In this document: positions 24,299 through 36,959 of the stretch, piece after piece
How positions within the stretch are numbered: the first letter of the stretch is position 1
How the letters are laid out: each line of letters begins with the position of its first letter
Assembly (NCBI GenBank): GCA_965240325.2
Contig: OZ251248.1
Coordinates: 930,001 to 994,000, forward strand
DNA: 64,000 nt
From: Rebecca billardiae RCC1528
Taxonomy: Eukaryota; Protista; Haptophyta
Direction of reading: 5' to 3'
Notes under the pieces: generated by a model
Seen by the model: the letters and a program-made list of their open reading frames with translations, nothing else
Database searches by the model: none
What the model was told of the DNA's origin: nothing
Position numbers and translations under genes: made by a program

Positions 24299-26324
24299 GC
24301 GGCGGCGGCAGCGACGACGAGCAGCAGCGGAGGCGCGTGGCGGGCGCGCGGGCGCGCGGCGGCGCCGGCGGTCCTGGCGCGGGGCGGCTGCAGCCGCTGC
24401 TGCACGCGGTGGTCGCGGCGGGCGGCGCGCCCGCCGCTCTCGGCTTTGCGCTCCGCGCCGGAGCGAGTGTCGACGCCCTCGACGCGGCCGGCCGCACGGC
24501 GCTGCACGTGGCCGTGGAGACGGGGCGCGCGGCCGCGGCGCGCGCGCTCGTCGAGGCGGGTGCGCGCGCGCCTGCGAGACACACAGCGCGCGCGCGCGCG
24601 CGTCAGAGAGTCAGAGAGCGCGGCGCGCGCACTCGCTCACGCTCCGCGCGCGCCGCGCGCCCCGCGCGCGCGCGCAGGCGCGAGTATTCTCGCGCGCGAC
24701 GGCCGCGGTCGCACGGCGGAGCAGGCCGCGGCGGCGCTCGACGGCGCCGCGGCGCCGCCGTTGGCGCCGGCGTCGGACGGCGAGGCGCCGCCGCCCTCGT
24801 CGGTGGGTGCGGTCTTCGCCGACGGCTCTCTCATCTTCTGGTCGCTCGTGCGCACCGCCAACGCCCTCTACAAAGACGGCCAGTTTGCAGCGGCGCGCGC
24901 GCAGTACGCCGAGATCCTATCTCGCGCGCGGCGCGGCGCGCTCGAGCTGCATATTGACGACGCGAACCTCGCGACGATCCACTACAACTGGGCGCGCGCG
25001 GCGTACAAGGACGGGCTGCACTGCGAGGTGCGTGGGGCTGGCCGCCGCGTGCGCCGCGCGAGGGCCCCCGCACCTGTCTGGCGCGCGCGGCCGCGCGCGC
25101 GCCGCCGCTGACCGGCGCGCGGCCGACGCGCGCGCGCGCGTGCGCACGCACCCGGCGCAGGCGCTGGAGCACTGCGAGCGCGCGCTCGAGCACCAGCCGG
25201 GGTACTCGAACGCGCTCGCGCAGCGCGCGCAGTGCCAGATGGAGCTGCTCGATTACGACGGCGCCACCTCGACTTACGAGCAGCTCACGCGCGCGGCGGC
25301 CGCGGCGGCGGTCGCGGCTTCGCCGCTCGGCGGCGGCGCGGGCGCGTCGTCGCCCGCGCACGGCTCGGCGGCGATGGCGGAGTGGGCGGAGCTGCACGCG
25401 CACGCGCGCGCGCTGCGCGACGCGGACCCGTGCGAGGTGCTCAGCCTCGACGCCGCCGCGCTCGGCCCGCCGCTCGACGAGTCGGCGCTTAAGCGAGCGT
25501 ACCGCGCGGCCGCGCTGCGGTGGCATCCGGACAAACACACCGCGTCGGCCGAGGCGGGCGCGCGCGCGCTCAACGCGTTTCAGAGGGTCTCGGCGGCGCA
25601 CGCGCTGCTCTCGGATGACGTGCAGCGCGCGGAGTACGTGGCGCGCGCGCGCGCCTTCGCTGAGCCGCGCATGCCGCCGCCGCCGCAAGCGCCGCCAGCG
25701 CCGCCCGCGCACGCCGCCGCTGGCTGCTCCGCGTCGCCGGGCGGCGCGGGCGCGCGCGGCGGCGGCGCTCACTACGACTTTGGCGGGGCGCCGCAGGCGC
25801 CGCCCGCGCACGCCGCCGCTGGCTGCTCCGCGTCGCCGGGCGGCGCGGGCGCGCGCGGCGGCGCTCACTACGACTTTGGCGGCGGGGCGGGCGGCGCGCG
25901 CGGCACGCGCGCTGAGGATGGGCTGGGCGCCGGGCGCGGCGCCGACGCGCCCCGCAGCGCCGAGGCGGCGCGCGCGGGCGGCGCGCGCTTCAGCACGCCC
26001 TCGCGCACGACGCCCGCCCGACCGCCGCGCGCGGCCACGCACCACCGCGCCGCGTTTGGGGCCGCCTCGGGCGGCGGCGCCGGCGCCGCCGCGTACGACG
26101 GGCGGCAGGCGTACGCGTCGTCGCCGCCGCCGATGGCCACGCCGCCGCGCGAGTCGCCGCTCAAGCCGGCATACGCGTCGCGCGCGCAGCAGCACGCCGC
26201 CGCCGCCGCCGCTGCCTACGACGACGTGCCGCTGCCCACGCCGCGCAGCGCGGCGCGGCGCACGAGCGGCGGCGCGCACTATAACGCGCACGCGCCGCCG
26301 CAGCCCGCGTTCGACTTTGTCTGA
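23476..26324 (+). CDS. Coiled-coil / ankyrin / TPR / DnaJ-domain protein; introns ~24560-24677 and ~25028-25160
   Basis: GRTALHVAV ankyrin repeat; TPR helices (ANALYKDGQFAAARAQY, ATIHYNWARAAY, ALAQRAQCQMEL); J-domain LKRAYRAAALRWHPDK...FQRVSAAHALLSD. Confidence 0.8.
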
Positions 26325-27159
26325 GAACGTGACTCGCCGAGCCTGGCGCACACCGCGCGTTCGCGCGCGCTCCGGCCGTCGGCCGTCGAGCCCGCCCGCG
26401 CACGTGCCCGCTCCGCGTTCGAGCCGACGGACGGCGAGTCCTCCAGGCCACATTGAGCATGTTGCACCGGGCGCCGCACTTGTGATGATTGTATTATAAT
26501 GGTGATGAGGATACCGATCGCCTGATATGGGTTGGCGCTGCGCGTCAACTTGGGCTGGAAACCTGTTTCTGAAACGCATGATGGCACGCCGGGCCGGTAG
26601 CCCGAGCTCGGAATTCCGACGCTGCCAACGGCGCCACAGGGGCGCAGCGGCGGGGCTGACGACGCGCGCGCGTGTGCACGTCTGACCACGGAGTGCGCGC
26701 TGCAATGACTGGCCCGTCCGCAGCACCACGCCCCGCGCTGTGAGTGAGAGTGTGGCCCGCGCCCAAGCGAGAACGCGGGCCGGGCGGCACTCCGCCGACC
26801 TCGCCGGCCGCCGACCAGCCCGCGGCCGCCTGCTGCAGCTCGTGGAACACGCAGTCGCGCGCTCGCGCGTGGAGGGCGGACCTGCGCGTATGCGCCCGCC
26901 GGGCTTGCCGCTTCATCCGCTGGCACCGCAGTGCAGGTCGAGCCGTCCGCCGCCCACCGAGCCGGCGCCACGCCTCGCGCTCGTGCTCGAGCTGAGGCGG
27001 CGGCGTGTCGCCCGAGCCGGCGGGGTCGCGCGCGTGCGCGTGGTGGGCAGCCTCGCGCGTGCGCCCGCCGCGCGCCCCGCGTCTCTCGCTTGGCGCCGCA
27101 CGCGAGCCGCTCGTCGCGCGACCGAACGAGACGTCAATCGCAAGGGCGACCCTTGGAAT

Positions 27160-28713
27160 TCATGCTCGGAAGTCCCACAGCGGGACTTCTCCGAGCTTAC
27201 AGGATCGCCAGTGAAAACCTCCCGCGCCCCTCGAGATCATACGGAGTTGGCGGCGAGATCGCGCTCTTGCGGCGGCGGCGGGCGGGAGCGCGCGCCGGCG
27301 CTCGCTCGCGCGCTCGCTGCCCGCAGCGCGCGCGTCAGGTCGTCGTGAGCGCTTGCGCACCGGCGCTAGGGCGCGTGCCACCTGCGCACGCCGCTGGTTC
27401 GCGCCTGCGCGCTCTGCTCCGCCGCTGCGGCGCTTGCGAGCGCTCGCCGTGTCTTGCGCCGGTTCCGGCCCGCCGCGTCGAAAGCCTGGTTGTGCGGCCA
27501 GCCAAGTGTGGCGTTTGCGGCTTGGCGCGCGAGCGCGCGACGCAGCGGATGGCGCGTGTGAGCCGTCCAGCCAGCGTCACTCGCCTCGTGCGCCGCGCGC
27601 CGACCGCGCGCCCCAGATTCGACGCCAAGCGCTGCTCGGTCACGGTGAGACGGGAGTCGGCGCTCCGCATCGCAGAGCCGCGTGTGGTCGCGCAGAAGAG
27701 GCCGCGCGTGGCCGGCGCGGCCGCTTTGTGCCGTGGTCTAGGCTTCAATCGCGTCCGCAGTTGCTTGCCTTGCCCAAGCGGTCACGCCGCACTCACGAGT
27801 GGGCGACTTGACCTGACTCTGCGTGCCGGGCCGTATCACTCGTGCCGCCAGCCGTGGGCTCGAACAAACCCATCCAGCCATCCTACTCCATTGGTATACG
27901 GCTTCAAGAACTCGATGGTTATGGTCTGGTAGCGCGCTGATGGCACGTGCACGATCTCCGTGAGCGCAGCTCTTCCACGCAATGGCTTATGTGGCTACGA
28001 TCGGTGACGGCGTGACCTCGAGACACCTTCTGGAATCCACCTCACGTGTCACGCGCTGTGTACGGGCAGAAGATGAGTGACCTCGTGGGCGAGGCATGCG
28101 TTCTCACCGACTGCGGACGCGATTGAAGCCTAGACCACGGCACAAAGCGGCCGCGCCGGCCACGCGCGGCCTCTTCTGCGCGACCACACGCGGCTCTGCG
28201 ATGCGGAGCGCCGACTCCCGTCTCACCGTGACCGAGCAGCGCTCGTCGTCGAATCTGGGGCGCGCGGTCGGCGCGCGGCGCACGAGGCGAGTGACACTGG
28301 CTGGACGGCTCACACGCGCCATCCGCTGCGTCGCGCGCTCGCGCGCCAAGCCGCAAACGCCACACTTGGCTGGCCGCACAACCAGGCTTTCGACGCGGCG
28401 GGCCGGGAGCCGGCGCAAGACATGGCGAGCGCTCGCAAGCGCCGCAGCGGCGGAGCAGAGCGCGCAGGCGCGAACCAGCGGCGTGCGCAGGTGGCACGCG
28501 CCCTAGCGCCGGCGCGCAAGCGCTCACGACGACCTGACGCGCGCGCTGCGGGCAGCGAGCGCGCGAGCGAGCGCCGGCGCGCGCTCCCGCCCGCCGCCCG
28601 CCGCAAGAGCGCGATCTCGCCGCCAACTCCGTATGATCTCGAGGGGCGCGGGAGGTCTTCACTGGCGATCCTGTAAGCTCGGAGAAGTCCCGCTGTGGGA
28701 CTTCCGAGCATGA
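27160..28713. repeat. Long inverted repeat: ~600-bp arms (27160-27761 / 28110-28713), ~350-bp spacer
   Basis: Near-identical reverse-complement arms; mirrored ORFs in the track. Each outer end has its own small hairpin GCTCGGAAGTCCCACAGCGGGACTTCTCCGAGC. Confidence 0.95.
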
Positions 28714-28817
28714 GAATGGCGTGGGCTCTCCGCCTTGTCGTCCTTCACGGGACGTCGTCGATGCGAGACGCGGTTGCTCCGATGCTCGTAGTCCAATGCA
28801 AGATGATACCCGCGTGC

Positions 28818-28863
28818 CAATATCAGCGCGCCCCTCTGCTCGTGAAATGTCTAGCGAGAAAGT
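28818..28863 (+). repeat. 46-bp direct repeat, also at 34366-34411; probable TE terminus
   Basis: CAATATCAGCGCGCCCCTCTGCTCGTGAAATGTCTAGCGAGAAAGT is identical at both sites, with unrelated sequence downstream. Confidence 0.85.
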
Positions 28864-29051
28864 ACGCGTCTAGCCGGGCGAGAGTCAAACATGCCGGCCC
28901 GTGCCAGGCGGGGGATGTGTGACCACGGATCCCATCCGTGAGCACGCGCAAAGCGCTGGAGCGCGCGATAGGTGTTGGCAGTAGTCTACCCGACACACGG
29001 CGGCTCGGTCGCGCTGGAGAGGCGCTCCGACATCGTCGGGAGCGTTCAGAT
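28862..29051 (-). repeat. Inverted copy of 11407-11596 (internal fragment of the 11249-13245 element)
   Basis: About 190 bp of reverse-complement identity; shared peptide LNAPDDVGAPLQRDRAAVCRVDYC in the ORF track. Confidence 0.9.
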
Positions 29052-29162
29052 ACGGAGATAAGCCCATTTCACGTAACCAACCTCGAATAGCTGGCGGGAG
29101 TCTGAACTACAAACCCGGCGCGGAAAATGAAAACGCGCTAAGCCCGGCCGCCCTCGCCTCGC

Positions 29163-30050
29163 TCACTGCCGGGTCGCTTCGCTCACTACCGGGCGCCCTC
29201 GCAGCTCCCACGCTTGGCCTTCTTGGCCCAATGCGGGTGGCATATAGAAAGCTCCTTCACAGGCCGCAGGGCGGCCGTGGGGCGCGCACCCGGGCTGCTG
29301 TGACCACGATATCCGTCGGGGGGAGGCGCGTCCGGCGCAGTGCATGGCCGTCACGCACTTCTTGCCTCGCGCCAAGCTCTGATTGCGTGTCTCGCCCGCA
29401 GCTCGCCGGCCGAATTGCGCGGCGTGCAACGCGTGCACAGTGCCGTCGTCCGCGCGCACCTCGTACCACGGGAGGGAGCGCTGCTGTGCTCCGACCACCG
29501 CCGCCGGATGCGCTCCTGTCACCACCCCGCGCATCTCGTGATCGGCGTCGCCGGCGTGAATTCGCACCGTGCACCCGGGCAGCACGAGGCCCTGCCGAGA
29601 GAGCTGCAGCGGCGAGCTCGCCAGCGTGATCTGCCCGCACTCGGCGAGGACGGTGCTGCCGTCGGGTTTGAGCACCTCGTACGCAACGGAGGGAGACTGC
29701 TGTCGGTTGCTGTCCACTGCTCGCAGCACGGTGCATGGCGCGAGGCTCGAGCGGCGCGTCTTGTCGCGCATGACGATCTGCGCGCCACTCACCGCTCCCG
29801 GCACCACGCCCCAGCACATGCTGTCGCGTTGGAGGTGCTGCGTGAAGGCACAGCGCACCAGGAGGTTCTCGATCAGGCACTCACGATCTGAGTCCGCCTC
29901 GGCGTCCACGAGCGCTCTGACGTGATGCATGGCGCGAGCTGAGTCGCCATCGTGGCCATCGGTGCGCACGCGGCGCGGAGCGAGCTCCGGAGTCATGGGT
30001 GCGTGCGCCGGCACGGCGGCGACCGTCGCGAGCAGCAGGTGCGACGCCAT
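29163..30050 (-). CDS. Hypothetical intronless ORF in a TE nest, possibly two SH3/Tudor-like barrels
   Basis: 295-aa ATG ORF of normal complexity with two similar segments (CTVLRAV...AYEVLKPDGSTV; GVVTGAH...WYEVRADDGTVH). CCAATCAG lies upstream at ~30224-30231. Confidence 0.35.
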   Translation of the reverse strand: MASHLLLATVAAVPAHAPMTPELAPRRVRTDGHDGDSARAMHHVRALVDAEADSDRECLIENLLVRCAFTQHLQRDSMCWGVVPGAVSGAQIVMRDKTRRSSLAPCTVLRAVDSNRQQSPSVAYEVLKPDGSTVLAECGQITLASSPLQLSRQGLVLPGCTVRIHAGDADHEMRGVVTGAHPAAVVGAQQRSLPWYEVRADDGTVHALHAAQFGRRAAGETRNQSLARGKKCVTAMHCAGRASPRRISWSQQPGCAPHGRPAACEGAFYMPPALGQEGQAWELRGRPVVSEATRQ

Positions 30051-30240
30051 GGGCAGAGGATGGGCGAGGGGTGTGGGCCGTTTGCCGGTGCTCGGTCAGT
30101 GGATCGCTTTGGATTGCTTTTGCGCGCGGACGGCGGTCCGGGCCGGGGCTCGCACGCGGTCCGTTGTTCCCGACCCATTTGGCCCAACTCGATCGCAAGG
30201 GCACATCAGTTGAATGTGCTTTCTGATTGGTTGGAGGGTA

Positions 30241-32020
30241 CACCTTGAAAAAACGCCACCAGCGTTCGCGGCCACATTGAGAAGTTTTTCACGGCTCATT
30301 GATCGACGCTAAGCAAGAATCCACCATTAAGGCAGGTCGGCCAAGGGAATCACGTCCATCGATACGCGACCAATCAACAGGCTCCATTCGGTTTACTCAT
30401 GATTCCGGCGAGGCTGGTAATGCGGGTAGATGAAATGGCGCTGTCTGATTGGTCAGCCGTTTGCTATCGTTCCTTCGCGGCATCCAATCATCTGCAACTC
30501 TGAAACGAAGAACAGGGCCCAGGTCTCTTTTCGGGTGCTCGGTAGATCGAAAGCGGGCGCTCGCCCCTCCGAGCAAAGGACTCCGAGCGAGCGAGGCTCG
30601 CCATCCACCTGCGCCGCGGGCGGGCGGCTGGGCCACGCATCGCGTGAGGTCGTGCAGCCGTTGCGTTGCCCTGCTGTGGGCGTGTGCTGCCTGGGCTGCG
30701 GCAGATCAGCACTATGCTTCAGCCTGCCACGCAAGTGCTCCTCCTTGACACCGTCTCCGGGTCTGGAAGTCATGCGCGCCGGCCCCGAGCGCCCGATCCG
30801 CTGAGCCGCGTGTCGGCATGGCGCAAGCGTGCGCGCGCATGATGCGCGACACTGTGAGTCGGTGTCGCGGCTGCCATCGACGAATATAGCTCTTCATGGG
30901 CGCATATGGTGGTAATCCGCCCGAAGTCCGCCGACGCATTCACTTGCAGTGGCACGAAGGCTTGCGCGCTCTCACTCACTCCGAGCCCGCGGTCCGCGCG
31001 ACTGGTCAGCTTTTGGCCTGTCTGCGCAGACGCGCGGGCGCGTACTGGCGAGAGCGCGTTAGGGCTGCTTAAGCTGCAGAACAGTACTACGCTTGTCCTC
31101 GCCGCACACCCGCTCCTCCTTGACGACGTCTCAGCGTCTCAAAGCCATGCGCGCCACCCGTTGCGGACAAGGGAAGCCGATCGGATCCGACTGATCAGCG
31201 GCGAGTGCGCACGCGCGTGATGAGCGACAGGGTGGACTGCAGGCGTGACCACTACAGGCGAATGCAGCCTTACTTGGCACACATTGAGCCGCCTGAATCG
31301 TATCCACCCGTAGATTTGTCGCGCACCAAAGGCGTGCACGCTCTCAAGCCCGGCGCCGTCATTGAATCCGAGCCCGGGCGGTTCTGCGGATGGTCGTCTG
31401 CTCTCTGCACAGACGTGTGGGCCCAAGCTGGCGCGAAGGATCGCGCGGTAATCAGGGCTACGCTCACCCACGTCCCACAGCGGATCGACCCCCTATATCT
31501 CTCACTGTGCACGCGCACTTCTCCCTATTGACCTGCTACCGCCGAATGACGGGCCCGCGGACTGTCTGCCCTTCCGCTCGCGGTTGCACGCCGCCGCGTG
31601 CAACCCTTGGAGACCCGCAGGCGGTGGGAAGGGAGAACGCTCGCAGGGCGGCGTCACGCGTGATGCTGTTCTGCCGCAGCCCATGCAGCGCGCGCCCACT
31701 GCAGGGCAACGCGGCGGCGGACGCGTTTCGTGCGGCCCAGTACAACGTGACGGTGGCGGCGGACGGGCGAAGGGCAAAAAGCGCCGCCTCCGTCCTCCAA
31801 CGAAGACCCACGAGGCTAGTGAAAGGGTCCACTCCCGAAATCCCTTTGCTGGAGCTTGCGCATCTGCGGCTTCGGCGCCTATCGTCCGAGATTCGCACGC
31901 TTCCCAGCTGATTATTGCCGCAGGTAAGTGCACCTTAGGCGATCAAAAAATGAGCCCTATGCAGTTCACGTGAGAACGAATGTAGAGGGCCACGGACGCT
32001 GGTGGCGTTTTTTCAAGGTG
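30241..32020. mobile_element. 1.78-kb non-autonomous TIR element with CAC...GTG ends
   Basis: CACCTTGAAAAAACGCCACCAGCGT (30241-30265) is perfectly inverted at 31996-32020, with weaker similarity to ~75 bp. No clean TSD (GGGTA vs GCTTA). Confidence 0.8.
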
Positions 32021-32313
32021 GCTTAACCCGCCCGAATCTTGTAGTTATGTTTGTCCGTGCGAGCTGCGTGGCCACAACAAGGCCGACTCGCGTCGCGGTA
32101 AAAGTTGAAGTTCGGTGTCGCTCGGCGCTCGCCAACGTGCTCCGCTCCGCACGCCACGACCTTCGCCCCTGCGTCCGCGTCCCGGTGCCGCAGGCGGCCA
32201 ACGGTCCGACGTGATGCCCACCGTCAGTGGATCACGACGCGTCTGAAACTGCACCTCTCACTACACCTTGACCTGTTCATCCGACTCGGTCACGACCGTG
32301 CACCGTGCGAGTA

Positions 32314-34035
32314 GGGGGGCCAAAGTGGCACTGTGACGTGACTGACGGCTACGAGCGCTGGTCCTAGCGAGTGTTTACTGTTTAGCGCTGAATTGGGGCT
32401 GGATCATATGCCCTCTGGAGGGGTCTGGGCCAGCCAAGTAAAAAAATCAGGTGCACATACCCTGAATATAGGGCGTAACGGCTAGCATATTTACTTATTA
32501 GAATGAGCCTGAACTTATTGGAAACGGCATGTAACGGCTGTCTTATATGTGACATATAGACCATGTCGACTTCACTTTGATAGAGCATCTCGGCGAGATC
32601 GTTCTGAGTCCCCAGCAGCAGCAGGTCCCAACATGCGATATAGGCTGTGTACTGGCAGGCTGTCAAACACGTAGTTTCCCGGAAGCCACTCTGGTCGTTA
32701 CATACCCACCGTGTATATAGACGCCATGCTGATGAATACAGTCTCGTCTGATCTCGAGCCGCGAGATACGTTTTCAGACTGTGTATACGGCCATGCGTAC
32801 GGCGTATTGCAGACATAGTAGACCCAAAGCACCGGCCCCATGTCCTCAGCTCGGGAGTACTCTCGGTCATAATCAAGGTTTAAAGTCACTCGAGCCAACC
32901 GTCACCGCTCCATGGCCGAGACCTACGAGGCAGGTCAAATCTGTCGTCGTCGCAGCGCGGCACAGTGCCGAGCATGCGATTCGGCAGCAAACGCCTGCTC
33001 CAGGTGGTGGCTGGCGTCTCTGCACCAAACCAGGCCGGATGGGATCGGTCCATATATGTACGCCCTACCCTGTTCCGCGCTATTTCTGGGCGTTGGGGCG
33101 GATATTCGGCCTACAGAGGCTGATCCGGCGCTGTTCGGCGCTCCTGTCTGGCTGCGCGGAGCCCAATGGCAAGCGCCGGCGTGTGCAAGGTGTCAAGATT
33201 GAGACGGTCTCTGACGCTCCCGCCGGTCTTGGGCGCACCACGGTGCATTGAGGCCCATCTGCGTCTGCTTCTGCAGGCATGCGCGTCACAGGGGCGCGCT
33301 TGTAGGCACGGTCGAGTGCACGTCGGATCTGTCGAATGAGCCATCCGCTGCCTGCGAGCACGTCCGCGACGTCCTGAGAGGCGAATGGGAGGCGCCCCGA
33401 CGCCATCTGGGGGCACGCGTGACCCATACCCAACGTGCTGACCATCGCAAGTGCCACGGCAGGTGCAAACACGGGCCCTACGAGCGGAACATGACAGTTG
33501 CGGGCTCCGTGGAGGTGTTGCGCGCGAGCTCGCGCCGGTCTGCTGACGGCGATTCCGGCGCAGCAGGGCAGGTTAGGCGAGCTGGGCATCCACGGATACA
33601 CATGAACACTTGGGGCGAGCATCGATCTCGCCGGGGCGAGTTGATCTTGAGCCACAAGGAGGGGTAGCGTGACGGGCGTACGCAGCGCACCAATTCAAGC
33701 CGGCCGACGCGCGCCGCGCACGGCGCGAGGTGGCCAAGAACCGGGTGGTGAGCCGCTGGTGGCGCAAAGACAAGGGTCAGAAGCGCCCACCAGCGTCACG
33801 CGCGCGCGCTCCCGAGACCATATCGGCGTCTCATGGGACGCGAGCGCGCGGCGGTCCACTGCCTCCGGCCGCTCGTGCTCGAGCGGAACCGAGCTCTGAG
33901 CGCCCGAACGCGTCGGAGCTCGATTTTCGAGCGGGGTCCGAGAAAAAGGCTCCGCGCCACCCTAAAAGGCCGAGGGAGGAGCGAAAATGCGCCGCGGCTT
34001 TGATTTTCTTTTTTTAATGAGCGGTTTGGCCCCCC
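32314..34035 (+). mobile_element. 1.72-kb non-autonomous TIR element, copy 1
   Basis: GTA|GGGGGGCCAAA...TTTGGCCCCCC|TAC; near-identical inverted copy at 42612-44334. Confidence 0.93.
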
Positions 34036-35323
34036 TACCGTGCGCGTCGGCTGGCGGCCCCGCGGCAGCAGTGAGCTCGCACACCGGGCGCTCAACGTCA
34101 CCTCAAGTACATGGGCATCTCGTGTGTTCTCGATTTTCCGTGTAGGCTTGACCCCCAGGGCGTCGCTCTCCCCAGGCGGCGTGGTTGGATTTGGCAAACC
34201 TTTTGCCATGGTTCTGGAGCCTTTCCGGACCGCCATGCCGAATCCGCCATCGTGCGGCCGGTTTGGCGGTCCGGAAAAGGTTTCAGAACCAGGCAAAAGG
34301 TTTGTTTGGGGATACGACTGCCTCGTTTTGGCCCTTTCAGAGGAAAAGGGTATTGGACATTTTGTCAATATCAGCGCGCCCCTCTGCTCGTGAAATGTCT
34401 AGCGAGAAAGTGACGGATCGTGTGAATGACTGAATGTGAAGTGTGAACTCGCGACACGACGAATGGGCCGATGCGATTCGCGCGAATGTGAGTACGCAAA
34501 ACGCCGAACGACGAGCGGCTTTTGACCGAACGACGAGCGGCTTTTGTCCTATCGAGCGCGTAAGTGGGTACGCGAATTCCGCTTATGTGACCCGGCGACA
34601 AACAGACGAGGCCGGTGGTGAGCCGGGGCGTCAAATTCTGGTGAACACAGCTTTAAACAATTTTAATTCGTGAGAAAGCCCTGGGAGACCCAGCTCCGAC
34701 CCCCTTTAATTGGTGTGACGTACTGCTGTCCCAAGTAATACCTGAGTAGGAATACGAAGAATGCGGCCTCAAACGTTTTTTGATTAGGCACGCCTCGGGA
34801 ATCGAGAACGCATGTCGTTACCTTTTTGAGCGCGCGCCATAGGGATGTCGTTGCGATTCCCACCTATTTGTTGACGCTTTTCTACGACCATCCGCTCCCC
34901 AAGCATAAAGTCGAGGAACCGCGACGCACGAGTGCGTTCGCCGCCGCGCCGCGTGCGCTCGGCACACACGATTGAGTATGACGGACGAGCGCGCGCTGCT
35001 GCAGGAGGCGAACAAGGCCGCGCGCGACACGCAGATAGCGCTCAGCCGGCGTGGCTCGACGACGCTGCCGGGCACTCGCGCTCGCACACATGCGCGCGAC
35101 GAGGATCAGCTGTCCGCGGGCCTCCGCCGAACCCAGCGCCAGAATCCCAGATGCCATCGTCGGCGTCGCGAGGAACTGCGCCAATCTGGCGGAGATCCAG
35201 TGGCACGTGGCGGCGATCAAGCAGCCGCAACCGCATCAGATGACGTGCACGAACGGGCTCATGGAGAAGCTCGTACCACAAGCCTACCATAAGCCACCCG
35301 CTCGCCGACTTGCCCGACTACTA

Positions 35324-35817
35324 CAGGCAATCGCGGGCAATAAGAAGTCAGAGATCTCACGGCTAGCCTCGGTTTCTTAGCCGTTCGGTAGCCCGAGCGC
35401 CTACGGAGTCTCAGTTTCTTAGCTAGGTCCGCCCGGCGCAGGGGGGCAGAGCCCCCCGCTGAGTCTTTAGGCCCGGCCGGCGAGGCCGACGAAAATTTTG
35501 GGCCTTTTTGGAGCAAATCTGGCATGATGTTGCATGGATGCTGCGGTGCACTGGCCAGGAGTCAGTCATCAGGAGAAGTCGGGACTTGGCCTGTACTCGT
35601 AGTCGGGCCGCGCGCCGCGTCCCCGACTGGCCGACTGCGCCTCGGCCTCGCCCCTCGGCGGACCACTCGTCAGCCGGGACGACGTAGTCCCTGTTTCTTA
35701 GTGTGACTATGCGTATAGCGAACCAGCCAATCGCTAGCCTCAGTTTCTAGGCCAGATCCGCAGATAGCAAGCCCCAGTTTCTTAACGTGACAGCTCCATA
35801 TTGCCCGCGATTGCCTG
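35324..35817. mobile_element. 494-bp Tc1/mariner-type MITE
   Basis: TA|CAGGCAATCGCGGGCAATA...TATTGCCCGCGATTGCCTG|TA: perfect 19-bp TIR, TA TSD, internal GTTTCT(T)A motif five times. Confidence 0.9.
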
Positions 35818-36959
35818 TACTCGCCCTGGCTCGTCCGTCACCCGCGCCGCCCGCGGCTCGCGGCGCCATCGCGGAGGTGCGTGCCCGCCGGCGCGAGCTG
35901 CACAACACAACATGCACACCGACGCGAGCCGTTGTACCACGTCGTGCCCGACGGGCCGTGCTCAGCGACGGCTGCAGGAGTCTACGCTGGCCGGAAGTCG
36001 GTTGTGCCCTGCGGCCTGCCGGCCTGCGCCGCTCGCCCCGCTCCTGCAGTCGCCCCGCGCCTGCAGACCGGTGGGCCATCCGCGGTGCGTGCCGTTGCCG
36101 TGCCGTCGTGCCCGAGCGGCCGTGCGCAGCGACGACTGCATCGACGCGCGCCTCGCCGTGCGCCTCACTGTGGGCCTTGCAGAACTGCACAGAAGTGCCG
36201 CGCTGCCGCGCCTGGCTTAATCGCACGCGCGACGGTGGCGCGCCACCGGATGATACCGTTCTACAGCGCTGAACTACGGCCAACTCGTCCCATCGTCGTC
36301 GGGTCTGCCGGCCATGGGAAGCTTCTCCGTCGCGTCCTAGACGCGCTGTGTTCGACCAGCCCCACCGGGACAAGGCCGCCAGGCCCCCGCTGTTTAAAGG
36401 CCCGCGACGGGCTGGTCCCCAGCGTGAAGTCGTGCCTTTGTTCTCGTGGGTTTCCAGAATAGTATGAGGGTAAGTTGTCTAAAAAAATGATGATGATGAT
36501 ATTATGATCGTGCATCACTGCATTGGTATCCCTTGACGCAGAATTCACCTCGCCCTTGCGACGGTTCGCCGTACCGGGTAGCAGTCGTCAATCGATGTCT
36601 TCTGACGATGAGTTTTGAGTTGATGAAAACCTCCACCGATTCTCGTTTCTCATCTGTGATTCAGGCTTGGGGGTGGATTGGTGGTGTATATCGTAATAAT
36701 GCTTGGCACTGGATCCCGCTCGTCAAGATGCCGCCCAATTTTTGTAGGATGCGCCTGCATGATCTGCGGAGATACACTTCGCTTGGAGTGCTACGAGGTC
36801 AGAAAATACCGGCTCGCCACCAGCGGTTTGACGGCGCTGGGTGTGTTCATTGTCCTAAGACAACCTCAAACCCTTGCGATGCACCTCAACCACCCCGTGT
36901 CCCGAGACACAACCCTTCCCAACACGCCGAGGCGAGCCTTGGACGTGTCGGGGGGACGG

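Noticed and set aside
32382-33899. ORFs inside the 1.72-kb element as a transposase
   Set aside because: No DDE or HTH motifs; the 164-aa ORF is broken by indels in the second copy.
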